Positions 26,101 to 38,127 of a stretch of 64,000 bases of DNA are shown piece after piece; position 1 is the first letter of the stretch; each line of letters begins with the position of its first letter. Below the pieces are notes generated by a model. That model saw nothing but the letters and a program-made list of their open reading frames with translations. It was not told where the DNA came from and searched no databases. The DNA comes from Basidiobolus meristosporus CBS 931.73. Its lineage: Eukaryota; Fungi; Basidiobolomycota. The stretch lies in the NCBI GenBank assembly GCA_002104905.1, contig MCFE01000309.1:33777-97776 (forward strand). The letters are read 5' to 3'. The position numbers and the translations under genes are program-made.

Positions 26101-27023
26101 ACCTTTCTTACGGGAATAGTCTTTAAGTTGCTGAACCAATCCTTTATGCCACAAATATGCTGTGATGCTCCAGAGTCAATATACCATTCATTACTTTGGT
26201 TACTTGCACTCTCTTGTACAGTGACAAATAGCTGTTCATCAGTAGTTATATGGTTTGCCTGCTCCAGTTTCTGTTTTTCGTCTGCTTGTTTCTTCTTGCA
26301 TTCTCTTGCCCAGTGTCCTGGCTTCTTACAGTAGTTACAGCAGCCAGGTTTTCTTTGGTTTTGTTGCTTTCCCTTCTTTTCTGTATGCCTTTCTGAGCTG
26401 AATAAAGCATTATCTTCAATTTTCTCTGCTTGATCATTACGTCTGAGTTCTTCATGGAGAAGTCTTCCTTTGACATAGTCTAAAGTCAAGTTGTCTTCTC
26501 TGCTTTCAAAAGAAAGTATGAGTGGCTCAAACTTGTCTGGTAGGCTGCAAAGCAGACAGAGTATCTTTTCTTCATCATCTACACCAGCATTAATACTGTA
26601 AAGTTCTTCTGCAAGTGTCTCCATTCTGGTAATGAGTTGTAGCATGTCATCATCTGGCTTTTTTCTCATGTTGAAAAACTTTTGTTTCAAATAAAGCTTG
26701 CTTGATACTGACTTTGCTCTAAAGATCTTCTCTAAGGATTCCCATGCTGCTTTGGCAGTATTTGAGGCATGGATTTGTCCAATGAAGGAGTCTTGCACAT
26801 TGATGCATATTGCATTGAAGGCCTTTCTCTCCTTCTCTTGAAACTTCTCCACATCTTCTGCTGTTCCTTTGGGCTCAACTTCCTTTCCTGTTACTATGTT
26901 CCAAAGCTTTCTTTCCTCAAGGTGGATCTGCATCTTGATTCTCCAAAGTCTGTAGTTCTTCCCATCAAACCTCTCCTTTACAGGGAAGATGTTGGTATTG
27001 CTTTGTTTGCTGGTAGAAGTCAT
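23106..27023 (-). CDS. gag-pol: Copia gag-PR-IN-RT-RNase H polyprotein, 1305 aa
   Basis: FDGKNYRLW, CNYCKKPGHWAREC, WYIDSGAS, WHRRLGH...CKGC, LRSDNGGEY, HQMDVKTAFLNG, KHIDIQHHFVRE, QMVAD-like ADILTKPL. Confidence 0.96.
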   Translation of the reverse strand: MTSTSKQSNTNIFPVKERFDGKNYRLWRIKMQIHLEERKLWNIVTGKEVEPKGTAEDVEKFQEKERKAFNAICINVQDSFIGQIHASNTAKAAWESLEKIFRAKSVSSKLYLKQKFFNMRKKPDDDMLQLITRMETLAEELYSINAGVDDEEKILCLLCSLPDKFEPLILSFESREDNLTLDYVKGRLLHEELRRNDQAEKIEDNALFSSERHTEKKGKQQNQRKPGCCNYCKKPGHWARECKKKQADEKQKLEQANHITTDEQLFVTVQESASNQSNEWYIDSGASQHICGIKDWFSNLKTIPVRKVYLGDNSALEATASGSIQLNMSDNSGATTAKLTDVLYVPGIAKNLLSVSKATTQGLKFVFTKLSCSILSENGQKLASGIRDHNIYKLQCKIIVPEYVNIAETDETNWETWHRRLGHIGEQKMNQLVKNQLVLGLKYSIPIKLNVCKGCSYGKQARQRFKSSEGINTIKILAIVHSDICGPMRTLSFGAKRYFMTFIDDKTRYTWVYFLKTKDEALETFRHFKNMAETQTGCKLKVLRSDNGGEYCSKEFAKYCLSTGILQQTTVPHTPQQNGVAECANRTIVEMGRSMLHDKGMDYKFWAESVATTVYIKNRCPITALHDSTPFEAYTGKKPDLQHLRIFGSDVFYHIPDKKRSKLEPNSRKGIFLGYCEDTKGYRVYDGEIQKLIKSRDVVFEENSDQKATEIIGQLPDDAINTNEEDTYQIQPEMEDTSTSSRSEQIIPVRRSTRIRNAPRSWWQTSNDHEEAYLALCAEPQNLEQAMQGPDATKWQQAMQEEYQSLIKAKTWELVDLPNGRKPIGCRWVYKIKITSNGAVDKYKARLVAKGYSQIQGLDFKETFAPVAKFNSIRTVLALAAVHSLDLHQMDVKTAFLNGDLQETIYMEQPEGFTDPKSPYKVCKLRKLLYGLKQAPRAWYNKIDTYLEEIGLSRSTADHSIYVKKLKKGVIILVLYVDNLIIATSDQEALKQTKSDLFSKFEMKDLGKLSYFLGIEVKFDIPTQKIVLNQSKYIRDILRRFKMENCKPAATPMDNNLKLSKSQPVIDENGSNMDQNFPYQSMVGSLMYLMVSTRPDIAVAVGIVSQFMQNYGSDQIAAVKRIFRYLQGTINMVLEYSGAANRRKFDGYSDSDWGRDLIDRRSTTGYVFLYAGAAITWNCKKQPTVALSTTEAKYMAACQATKEAIWLRKLFKDLGFNSGEPTCIYKDNQSCISLARNPTNHARNKHIDIQHHFVREAVENNLVELVYCPTDKMVADILTKPLARPQFEILREKLGLRNYLVEGEC

Positions 27024-27047
27024 CTTTAGAATAGATTAAGGCAATTG

Positions 27048-27059
27048 GGGCTCATAACC
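27048..27059 (-). promoter_or_regulatory. Primer-binding site GGTTATGAGCCC (tRNAi-Met half-molecule type)
   Basis: Directly abuts the 5' LTR; complementary to the anticodon arm GGGCUCAUAACC of yeast-type initiator tRNA. Confidence 0.85.
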
Positions 27060-27428
27060 TGTTGCAATTTAAGAAGTGATTTGGATATAAGGAACTTATC
27101 AAGAAATAGTGATAATAGTTGAACTGTTGTTTATTCATAAAGAAGCTCAGTATTTATACCTTTGTAGAAGTAATACAGCTGCAACACTAAGTAGGGAGGG
27201 TTTCTCAATATTCAGGAGCATTCTGTAACAGTTTCAGGGTTAGTACATAATGTTTGGTAGTAGTGCTAATTTGATCCTGACTATAGGGGAATAATCATAA
27301 GATCATATATCTGGAGAAAGTGGCAAAGTTAAGGCAGTAAATGAGTCCTACAGTGACTAAGACTAGCCTAGAATTGTTAAGTAAATTTTTAGCTGCTGAA
27401 TGATACCAAATAGTCCAATATTTCAACA
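27060..27428 (-). repeat. Copia-1 5' LTR
   Basis: Direct repeat of 22743-23111. Confidence 0.96.
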
Positions 27429-30380
27429 CAGGCAAATGCTGTGTCAGTATCACTTGAGTCATTATCAAAATAACCTGTCTTAGAGGCTTTAGACCAAAGT
27501 GTTTTTTGATGCACAACCAATCATTTTATCAATTTATAACTCTGGAACTGGGGTTGGAGGAATCACAATTCAAGTTTCAAAAGATCACCATCAATAACCT
27601 TGCCAATATCTTGGTAGAATTTCAAAGGAAATGAGCTCAACTTTACATCCATAAAGAGAGAACCACAGGGAGTACTCAATGTAATCAAAAAGCTAAAGCT
27701 ATACATATTAGGAATATGCTTCATGCTAGAGAGTGATGCCAAGCCATTATTAGGGATGTTTAATCAGTTAGAACTTTAGGCCAGTTTTATTCTGGCATGG
27801 TGGATTTCATATATCCAGATATTTGATTTTATGCTGCAACACATACCCAGAGCCAATCACAAGGGACCTGATGCTTCATCTGGAAAGTAACCAAATTCTC
27901 TGTACTCAAGTGGTGATGATGAGATTGATGAGCTTCTTGAAAACACAAGTCTTTGATTCTCACTCAGACATATGATACAAAGCAATTATCAGCAAATCAA
28001 GGAATCTCTTACATTCCTCAGAGTTACTGCCAATACTCCCACAAGTCTATGCACAGATTTTAGAAAGAAGGCATAGAGGATTATACTACATGATGGCACA
28101 CTTTTAAAAAAAGCAAATATGGAGTTCCTCAACAGTGTATACACAAAAAGCATGATCACAGGAAGATCTTTAAAGAGTTGCATTAATCTGAATCAGGAGG
28201 TCATAAGGGATTTACATCAACATATGCAAAAATACCCTTATGGTTCTTTTGGCCAATGCTATGCACTGGTACAAGAGAATATCTGAAATCATGTATTCCA
28301 CATCCAAGAAAAGACGGTGAAAAGATGCATCAGCCACTTCACAGTATATACATCTTATGCCTGGCAAGTTGTACATGTAGATATTGTACACTTACTAAGG
28401 GCAACTGTAGGGTACAAGTATGTAGTAGCCTGTTATGATGACTATACTGGTTGGATAGAGGCTAGAATGCTGAAACCAGCCAAAGCAAAAGCAGTAGCAA
28501 GATTTCTTAAAGAAGATGCACATCCAAGTCATGATTTAGTTGGTACCCTTATTTCATATAATGGAGAGTGTAGATCTTATGCATTGTAAGCTGTAGTGAT
28601 GAAGCATAGAACAATGCTTATCCATTCAATGTCATATCACCCACAAGCAAATATACCAGTTGAACATGGATATTTTGCTTTTGCAAACACATTAGTAAAG
28701 CTTAGCTATGATGAACCCAACAAATGGGCAAATAACTTTCATGCAGCAATATGTGCTGCTAGAGTTACTGTCAAAAGAAGTACAAGATATACTCCATTTT
28801 TCCTAATATATGGACATGAAGCTGTTTTGCCAATTGTCGTATTTTTGGAAAGTTGGTTTACCCTCCCATGGAAGCCAACCATAACAATATCAGTGCTATT
28901 GCTAGCAAGAATACAACAGATTAAGAAGCTCACACTCTGCAAAAGAATGCAACAGAAAACCTATAGGAATTCAGCATGGCTGACAAGGAGTACCTTGATG
29001 GTCAAAAATGCCTAAGAACTTTCCTTGAAGTAGGTGAACTGATACTGCTTCAGAATACCAAGAGCCAAGAAGCAAGGTATCCAAACTGGATATGCAATGG
29101 CAAGGTCCCTATACAATCATACTTGCAAACAAAAATGGATCTTACTAATTAGCAGAACTTGTTGGTTCACCACTTGCAACTAGCCCAACTGGGTAACAGA
29201 TTGAAGAAGTCCCATGACAGAAGTAACAATATTGCATTCATTTCTTTATTAAGCTTTTGCTATTGCAACACGTAAATACAGGACAAAGAAATTACAATTT
29301 GAGAGCCAAAAGCTCAAGACCTTGACCAGTAAACCAACAAGGAATATTATGTCATGCAGAACACTCAGTAGCCAGTATGTGTTTTAAATAATAGCTCATT
29401 TGAAGCTATTACTTAATGAGTTATGATCAAAATAGTCCAATATTCAGAAATACCAGGCATCTGTTGCTAGGATTGCTATGGTGATATCAATTGTGTGTAG
29501 CTTTCAGACCAGCAAATCAAATTACATGATATTTCACAAGTGCTCTGTTTAAGTCTGATCTGTCCCACAGCAAAATTTTAGGCTTGTATTGCGTATATTG
29601 TTTGCGCATATGCCCAAAACCTTTGATGCTTCAGAATTTTCAAGTACACAACTTACTTGGCAGACAAGGTCCCATTTAAGAAACCGGTTTACTTGAAAGA
29701 CACCTCTTCAGCCTCCCATTTGGTTTAAAAACCCCTTTGGAGACCCCTTGAGGAAATCCCTCTACTCTAAAAAAGCCCCTTTAAGCACCCATTTAGTGTA
29801 AAACCCACTTGAGAGACCACTATAAGAAACCCAATTACTCTAAAGACACCCTTCAGACACCCCTTTAGTCTAGTGAACCCTCTAAAGACCCCTGCAGGAA
29901 GTCCCTCTACTTTAAAAAAGCCCCTTTAAGCTACTCTCTAGTGTACAGTCCACTCAAGACACTGCTGCAAGAAGCCCCTTTACTCTGGAGACACCCCTTT
30001 GTCATCCCTCTAGGTCTATGGACCCCTTTAGAGACTTCCATACCGCACCCCTTTAGGTTAGAGGGGAGTTCAGGGTTTCTGTATGAGGAAATATTTTCTT
30101 AGAACAGTGAGTGACTTCAAAATAAGAAAAAGTCACTACAAAAATAAATGAACCCAATAGTCAACAGAAGGCCTTAACACTGCTGTAGAAGTGAGACACA
30201 CTGCCTAGAGTATATCTTGAGCCCAAGATTGTGGATATCAGTGAAATTTAAATCTTCTATTAGTATATCAAGCTCCTAATAAACTTCTTTAGTATCAGCA
30301 TACTGGAGGGTTGTTGCATACTGTTAATTAGCCTCTACATTGTAGAACATGCCCCAAACTAAGCATAATACAACACAACA

Positions 30381-30781
30381 TGACCTGAATATTTTGTACT
30401 GGAATAGGGTCTGCATTCCTTGGATTATTCACTTCAGCTGCACAAATGGTTACTTTCTTTTTTAACTGTCAGATGTAATTGTTTGCCCCAAGCTTCCATC
30501 TGGTCTATAATCAGCTTGTTGAGGAAATTTTCTCTCACATGGTTGTCCCAACAATACCTCAAAAGTTGGCTCATTGGGAACAATAAAAAAGGGAGAAGTA
30601 ACCCTGATTTCTCCAGTTTCATTTGGTACAAAGTGACAAAGTCTAAGCATCTTCTTGGCTGTACCTGTAGTAGTTCTCATATTCCAGTCACCCTTTGTCA
30701 ATGGCAATTTGATTTTTTCAAAAGTCATTGTGGCAATGGCACTGATTACTACTCCAGAGTCAAAACACATTCTACTTCAAC
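30381..30781 (-). pseudogene. Old family A protease fragment
   Basis: CFDSG protease motif, ORF 30462-30770; colinear with ~60515-60915. Confidence 0.8.
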
Positions 30782-32400
30782 TGTTATGATCTACCGCTTG
30801 AATGTTTAAGTTAGATCAGTTTTTAGTCAATTCAATTAGGTATATGTTTCCTCCCAGTGTAATATACCAAGTCTGTAGCATTAGTGAGCAAATGAATCAG
30901 CAGGTCCTTATTAGACAGGAATAGATATATTTTGTAGGATCTTATTGGGTGATGATTATGCAAACACACAATTCATCAGTCACAACATATATCAGGGAAT
31001 ACAATTAGTTAGCAATTGATCCAGCAAAATGTATTTAAGGAGCTGCTGGATCCTCAAAGAAGATCAGTTCAAGTTTTGGTGAATACAATACTAGCTAAAC
31101 TCCCTATTGCTCTATAACTCTTATACCAAGACTTTTAAAATTGGTAGCAGCAATAACCAGAAACCTCCCTCCTAAAGAAATAAGTAGCCTCCCTCAAGAT
31201 GTCCAAAAACTAAGAATGGAAGAATGATATGCAACAAATCCTAGCCCTGCAGCAACAGTTACTCCAGATTCTTAGCCAGCAGCAACAAAGAATACCTATC
31301 ATGGCCCAGAGTCAGCAAAACACTGTCAAGAGTAACTTTAGTATGAAGGTCAGCTATTACCATGATAGAGTTAATGAAAACCTAGGAACTCAGCTCTTTC
31401 AGATAGATGAAGCTTTCAAGGCTAAGGGAATTGCTCCAGAAATATTATACCAAATTGTCTATGAAAGCCCTATTGCCTTATGTTGCTTGCCTGGACCTAT
31501 TACACTAATTACATAATGGATATGGGGACTTCATAATCAAAGGAACCTATTGCCTTATGAAAGTCAGAGCATGGTGGCCCATAATGAAACAAGACATTGA
31601 GAAGCTAGTTAAAACATGCCCAAGCTTCCAAATTAACCAAGGCCAACCACAGAGTATTGCTGAACTCTTTCCCTTGGAGCCTGTAAGACCATTTGAAAGG
31701 TGGGGAATTGCCTTTATTGGCAGACTGCCAACTACCAGGAAATGCAACCATTGGATCCTAATAACAGTTGAGCATGCCACTGAGTGGCCAGTAACTAAAG
31801 CAGTACCTGTAGCTGGTGAACAAGAAGTTGAAACTTTCATCTACTATGATATCCTTAGAAGTTTGGATGCCTTGCAGAGATTCTATCTGATAGAGAAGAA
31901 AACTTTGAGGCAAAAACATTAGAAGCTTTCTTGTAAATGCGGCACATCCGACACTTGAAAACCTTTGCATATCACCAAAGAACTAATGAAGTCACTGAGG
32001 GACTTAATAGATTATTTGAAAAATGCTGACCAAATGTAAATAGAGCTGTATCTTGTATCACAATGCAGAAAAGTTGAAGCAGAGATTTGACAAGACTTTA
32101 GTATCAGAATCATTGACAGTTGGGAGCTTTGTATTGCTGAGCAACAATACTTGGAAGAAGTTTGAGCCACAATGGAAGGGACCTACCAAGGTCATCAGAG
32201 AATGTCCATTTGCAACTTTCCAGCTAGTGGACAAACCAGGCAATACCTGGGAGGATTTAGCTCAAAGAGACAGACTCAAACATGCAAGACTTGCCAATAA
32301 TACTGAATCATCAAGATATTGGTATCACAAGAAAAGAGATTCAGAATATATCATAGCTGTTTACCTAGAAATGTTGTTGAAGATTATTTTTCACAATTAA
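30782..32400 (+). mobile_element. Family B fragment: LTR (30782-31140), PBS, gag start, deletion, integrase
   Basis: B LTR consensus; ORFs 31557-31922 and 32053-32400 are integrase-like (RWGIAFIGRLP, FEPQWKGP). Confidence 0.75.
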
Positions 32401-32404
32401 TAAG

Positions 32405-33130
32405 GAAATCTTTGCTTGGAGGTAAAATCATTTCAGGCAATGGTCAAGTGATTTGTTAATAGCAGTGAACATTTGTAGATATATAAGCTGTGAACATAGG
32501 GATTTCCAGAACTTATAAATAACTTTCTGTCTAAATGCTGATTTACACTTAGATTGAGGTTGCAAGTGTTCTCTACAGATTTTATATGTTTCTGGCTGCA
32601 CTAGTATTTCAACAATAGGTTGATTTCTTTTATTGGTACACATTTTTTTGAGATTGCACTTCAAAGAGAGATATCTTTTCTTGTGAATAAGGCAATTATA
32701 CTCTTTAGTTTCCACTTTTTCATTAAATTCTCTTGGACCTGCCTTGATGGGTCTGATATTGTGAGTATGTAGCTCATACTACTTGGAATTTCTGCAGTGT
32801 TTTGGATTTATATAAAATTAATGTTGTAGTGCTTTTATTTGATACTTCTCAAGCTGGACATAGGATCTCATTCCACTGAATCATTCTTTGATAGGCAAGG
32901 GGTTTCTAGCAGTATCACAAATATTCCTATAGCTATCAATCATAACATTATGACTGTCAATATCAGTATTCAATGTTGACAGCAATAATGGCAGTGTTCA
33001 CGTAATTTGCAATAAATATAAAACTGGATTTGCTGTAGATAGTCACTGGTTGTTTTGGGATTTTTTGTTCTTTCATTGCTCATGCTAGATGATAATGATG
33101 CACCTTGAGAGTCCAACTTTAGCATCAGTT
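32405..33130 (-). pseudogene. Old family A gag fragment
   Basis: Colinear with ~61050-61770 of A1 gag. Confidence 0.75.
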
Positions 33131-33379
33131 AGTAAAGCCATTGGAAGCCCAACTGAGAATGCAGCTGATAAAACATTTGTAAACTTTGGCATATCACCCT
33201 TAAACTAATCAATTCACTGCGCTGTCTAATGGATTACATGAAAAATGATGACCAACTATTTAAGTGAAGCAGTAGCTGATGGTACAAGTATATTGAACCA
33301 GCGCTCTTTGCCTGCAGAGTAAGGTTTCACAGCATTACTTATCAGCTGCCGTCTTACATAGTGCATGCATATGAACTAA

Positions 33380-34182
33380 GGATTCCAGGAGATCTTGGAT
33401 AACTAAAACTCACATCATTTTGAAGGATGAGCGCAGTCAGTCTAGTAGATGCCAATAGTTGCCACAACAATTACAGGAGGCATAGGCCAAAATAGCTAAA
33501 TGCACGGAGAAGATGAAGCAGAGATTTGATAAGACTATAACTCCAGAGGATCTGGCAGACAAGACCCTTATTTTGCCAAGAAACAACACTTAGAGAAAGG
33601 TTGAGTCACAATGAACAGGACCATTCACAATCACTAGACAATATCAATTTGCTAATTACCAGCTAGTGGATACATCAGGGAAAATCAAAGAAGATTTGGC
33701 GCATATAGATGGTCTGAAGCATGAAATACTTAATGACAGTGCTGACCCTCCAAGATACTAGTACCACCAGAAATGTTGCTCAGTAAAGCTCCCTCAGCTT
33801 TGGTAGGGATGAATGCTATGATCTGCTTCCTAAATGTTCAAGTAAGTACAGCGTTTAGTCAATTCAGTTGGTTTAATGTTTTGCCTATCAATCTATTAGT
33901 ATTATCTATCAAATCAGTGGTATTAGTCAGTAGATGAATCAATTGACCCTATCAGCATGAAATAGATAAATCAAGTAAGGTTCAATGGGGTGATGATGAT
34001 ATAATTAAATGAGTAATCAGCCATGACCTGAATGATGAAAGGAAATTAGGTGGCAATTGTCAAAGTAAGATGTATATAAAGAGCTGCTAAAACCTCAAAA
34101 TAGTTCTATTCATATTTCAGTGATTATGATTCTAGCTGAACTCCCTATTTCTCTGCAGCTTGTGCATCAAGACTTGTATCAG
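33380..34182 (+). mobile_element. Family B integrase end plus LTR (33814-34182)
   Basis: Integrase C-term similarity to 38635-38900; purine tract before TGCTATGATC. Confidence 0.65.
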
Positions 34183-34640
34183 TACAACTGTAACATTAAG
34201 TTAGGACAGTTTCTCAACAGTCAAAAGCATTCTGCAACAGTCTCAGGTCAATACAAAGTGCTTTGTACTAGTGCTAATTTGATTTTGACTATAGAGGAAG
34301 TATAAGCAGAGAATATATCCAAGAGAAGGTGGCAAATTTAATGCTTTTAATGAGTCACAGTGTGACTAAGTCCAGACCTCAATTGTTAAGTTGATTTGTA
34401 GCTACTGGATGACATCAAATAGGTCATCATTTCAGCAGCTTCTTTGTGGCAATTAGATACCTGCTACTAAGTACCAAGGGCATACCCTATTGTGGTATAT
34501 CTCCTAGCTGGGATAATACTCATTGATCTGGAGATGGCTGAAATATCTTACAGATCTAGCAGTATTAGGCATATATCTTCTTCAGTAGTGATGATTGCAT
34601 CATTAGGCAGCTAGCCAGTGATCTGAGTGGCTTTTATTGA
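34183..34640 (-). mobile_element. Old copia-1-related LTR half and internal fragment
   Basis: 34183-34438 resembles the copia-1 LTR (GTGCTAATTTGAT...ATTTCAGCA); ~34570-34640 resembles 24850-24910. Confidence 0.55.
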
Positions 34641-35002
34641 CATGATCAGCTGCTACTAGAATCCACTGGGCATTTGTCCTAATGACTGATAGTGTTCCAG
34701 AAAAGTCAATTCCCTAACTATCAGACGGTCTTTCAGGCTCCAAGGGAAAAACTACAACAATTCACTGTGACAGAACTTGATTGCTTTGGCAACTTAAGCA
34801 CATTTACACCAGCATCTCAATGTTTTGCTTCATTCTGGGCCACTATGTGGTGGCTTTCACAAGACTATAGGTTCCTTTGATTATGAAATCTCCATATCCA
34901 TTGTGTAATTGATGTAATAGGTCCAGGCAAGCAACATAAGAGCACCAGGCAATAGGGCTTTCATAGACAATTTGGAATAATATTTTATCTTGTACCACAA
35001 TT

Positions 35003-38000
35003 TCAATATGAGAATTAATATGATGTTCCCATCAAAAGGCTGTTGCAAATTGAGAGTCCTATGACAAAGAGATACTGTTCCCCTCAGGACACCATGCAAA
35101 GAAAATCAGAAAACAATTGCACCCCAGATTTCACAAGAATAACCATCAAAATTCTTCAACGCAAAAATACATGGGTGGCTCTTGACTGGTTCTTGACCAA
35201 TTCATTGACTATCTGATCCGCAGCATACAATCATCTTCTACCTTTATGTACAATGATTGGCTATTGCCTTTTTTTCACACTTCTTACTTCCTGACTCAGC
35301 CATAATTGTTACTTTGCATGCATCTAAACTGATATGTTTCTGTTGAAACCCCATTAGACCTCAATTGCCAATAGTACTGGCCTGTGCTGGCTCCTACAAC
35401 CTATGCTAATATTGAGCCCAATCCTGCACTCAGCAAGTAACTTAATCAAAATCCACCACTCAAGAGGTATTTATGCTGAAGTGCTCTATTTCCATGACTT
35501 TGGTGGGAGCCCTGCAGCTCTATGCCTCTGTTCTTTCACTGGCTCCCATACATCCTGGTCTTCAGCCAGCACTGTAAGGTCTAGCATCTCATCTGCCAGT
35601 CCTTGAAAAAGATTGTTGCAATATTTGAGTGTGTATTCTGAACACTGCTCTTGAAGAAGCACTATAGACTCTTAGTGTGCTGATTGATTTTCCAAAACTC
35701 CTCTGAAGGCGTTGTGGTAGTCTTTTGAGTTCTTGACATTGTTGCTTTGTCTATCAGTGGGATCTCCTCTCTGTCAGCAATGAAGGATGCACAGGCTGTG
35801 GCCTTTCTGTGTAAACTTATCTACCTCTCTAGAATGTAGTTCAATTAGCTGCACTCCAACTCTTGTAAAAAAAGCTGTTTCCTTGTTGGTAATTCTGTAA
35901 GGCTATGATGGGATTCAGAATGCTCTAAGCTTATGACAACAATTGGCTACAGCAGCAGCTTTTCTAATGCCTACATGTGTCTTGCTTAGGTAAACTCTTT
36001 TCCCTTTGCCTTTTCAAATATAACAGCCAGGACATTCACTGCTGTTGTGACTGAGTGCATCTTGAGTGGTACAGATTTATAGCCATTGCACCCTAGCTCT
36101 TCTGCCTTCAATAGTGTCTGCCATTTCTGAGATACTTTATAACATACCACTGCTGGCCCAAAATCTGTTTGCTAGATTGAATTAAAGGATCATGCTCATG
36201 GTACAAGTCAAGTGCATTCTGCTTGGCCTTGAGCACCTGATGGTCTCAGGGTATGCTGGCTTTAAAGTGATAGTTTTTTGGACTTCTGACACCTTCTTGG
36301 ATATTAGCCCACCCTTCATCATTGAACTCCCCAGTTTCATGGATCTTTAATGTCTTGTGATTTTGAGGCTTTAGTGCAAGCATCACAGTCTCTCCCTCCC
36401 ATACTGTGATAGGTTTTCTACGGTCTTTATTGTTGGTCAATGTTATAGCGCTTCAAAGACTGAATGGTGTTTCTCTGCTTTCACAGCAGGAAACTGCCCA
36501 ATTGTTTGCTATGACATTGAGCTACTTGGGTTTCTTCTTTGCAGTAGAGACTGCTCTCTCTACCTGGGATATTGATTGAGCTACACTTATTATCTGATCA
36601 TCCTGTTTTTGGACTAGTTCCTGATTTTTCCAAACCATTGCATCTGCCCAACAAACCACTGTATCTAGTTACTTCATCAATCCTTTAATATGAGTTGACC
36701 ACATACTTGCTAATATGGGTGGTGGCAATATTATCATGCCCGCTTGATAGTCTTCAGCCAAAGGTACTGCCTTTGCTATACCTTCATATGCATGAGCTTG
36801 GCATTCTACTTCCAGCTCAGCAGATTCTCAATTGCAACTTGACTTAGAGCCTGTGGATTCTGCATTTTTATCTTCAGTGGGCACACTGTCAACATGTCCT
36901 TTTTTTGATGTAGCTCCACTTGTTGCTCCAGATGTCAAAGTAAGTTGTTGTCCATCCATTCTACTGCTGCTGTCAAGGGTACAATTGGGTTGGGGACCAG
37001 ACAACTTTGATATATTCTTTAGCAGCATGTGTATGGAAATGAGTCAGCCCAAGGGGTAAATAGCAATACAAATGCATGTGTATGATGTCCCACAACTTTT
37101 AATAATGATTACCATATCATATTATCATAGAATCTTACATTAATATAGGTGTGATGTCTCAAATATAAAATTGTCTAAAGTTCACATGAGTATAGCAAAA
37201 AAAGCAATACAATACTGTAGAACTTGTTGCAATTTAAGAAGTGATTTGAATATAAGGAACTTACCAAGAAATAGTGATAATAGTTGAGCTGTAGTTGATT
37301 AATCAAGAAGCTCAGTATTTATACCTTTGTAGAAATAATACAGATGTAACACTAAGTAAGGAGGGTCTCTGAATATTCTGGCGCATTCTGTAACAGTTTC
37401 AGGGTTAGTACATAATAGCTAGTATTAGTGCTAATTTGATCCTGACAGTTGGGGAATAATCATAAGATCATAGATTTGCAGAAAATGGCAAATTTAGAGC
37501 TGTAAATTAGTCCCACAGTGACCAAGACTAGTCCAGAATTGTTAAGTAAGCTGTTAACTGCAGAATGATACCAAATAGTCCAATATTTGAAGAGAACTGT
37601 TCAGTATCAGACTGTTTGCACTATAGAGAAGACTACTTTGATTCATTGCTGTAAGAGAAGTGAAAAAACACTACATTGCTATTGCAACAGCATCTCAGCC
37701 ATGAAGCATGTAGACTGCATAGGAAATATTACAAGAATTATGGCCAATTATTTTGCCACAAAAGTGGTATTGGGCCATTCATTAGTCACAACTATAACAG
37801 CAGCATCTTGCCAGCAACTTGGTATTTTAAAAATACACCTAGCTATATATGACACCTTGCACAAACTGGTTCAGATGAGCTTGTGACACTAGTAGGCTCA
37901 CCCCAGCTTCCTGAATATAGCTTGCAGTGTGATGGCTCTAATGCAGAAGGCTCACTGATGAACTGTGAGCATATCTCCCGTAATAACAATACCGTGCATG

Positions 38001-38127
38001 AGCTTGGCAAAATGCCAATATGCAATGAAACACTAACGGAAAAAAATGCCAAGGATATTTATGGAGCCAAGTGAGCCCAGTAATCTATCTACTAGTGAAG
38101 GCTATAATGCTGTGGCCAGAGAAGTGG
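35003..38127 (+). mobile_element. Second, more degraded CACTA-like copy (left end, accessory gene, transposase start)
   Basis: Colinear with 2774-5900, including TCAAAAGGCTGT and CACCCCAGATTTCAC; boundaries approximate. Confidence 0.75.
37225..37593 (-). mobile_element. Solo LTR of copia family 1
   Basis: 369 bp, colinear with 27060-27428; GAACT at 37220-37224 and 37594-37598 (5-bp TSD). Confidence 0.92.

Larger units (their letters stand above)
22743..27428 (-). mobile_element. Full-length Ty1/Copia element (family 1)
   Basis: 369-bp LTRs (TGTTG...CAACA) with 3 differences counted; CAGGC at 22738-22742 and 27429-27433; inserted in A2 RNase H region. Confidence 0.97.
19108..30380 (+). mobile_element. 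Gypsy family A element A2, degraded, nested in an older A copy
   Basis: LTRs 19108-20304 and ~29227-30380 (PPT and LTR start deleted); PBS TGGTGGAGGAACTGGG at 20311; AGAC/TGAC flanks; gag-pol colinear with A1. Confidence 0.82.
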
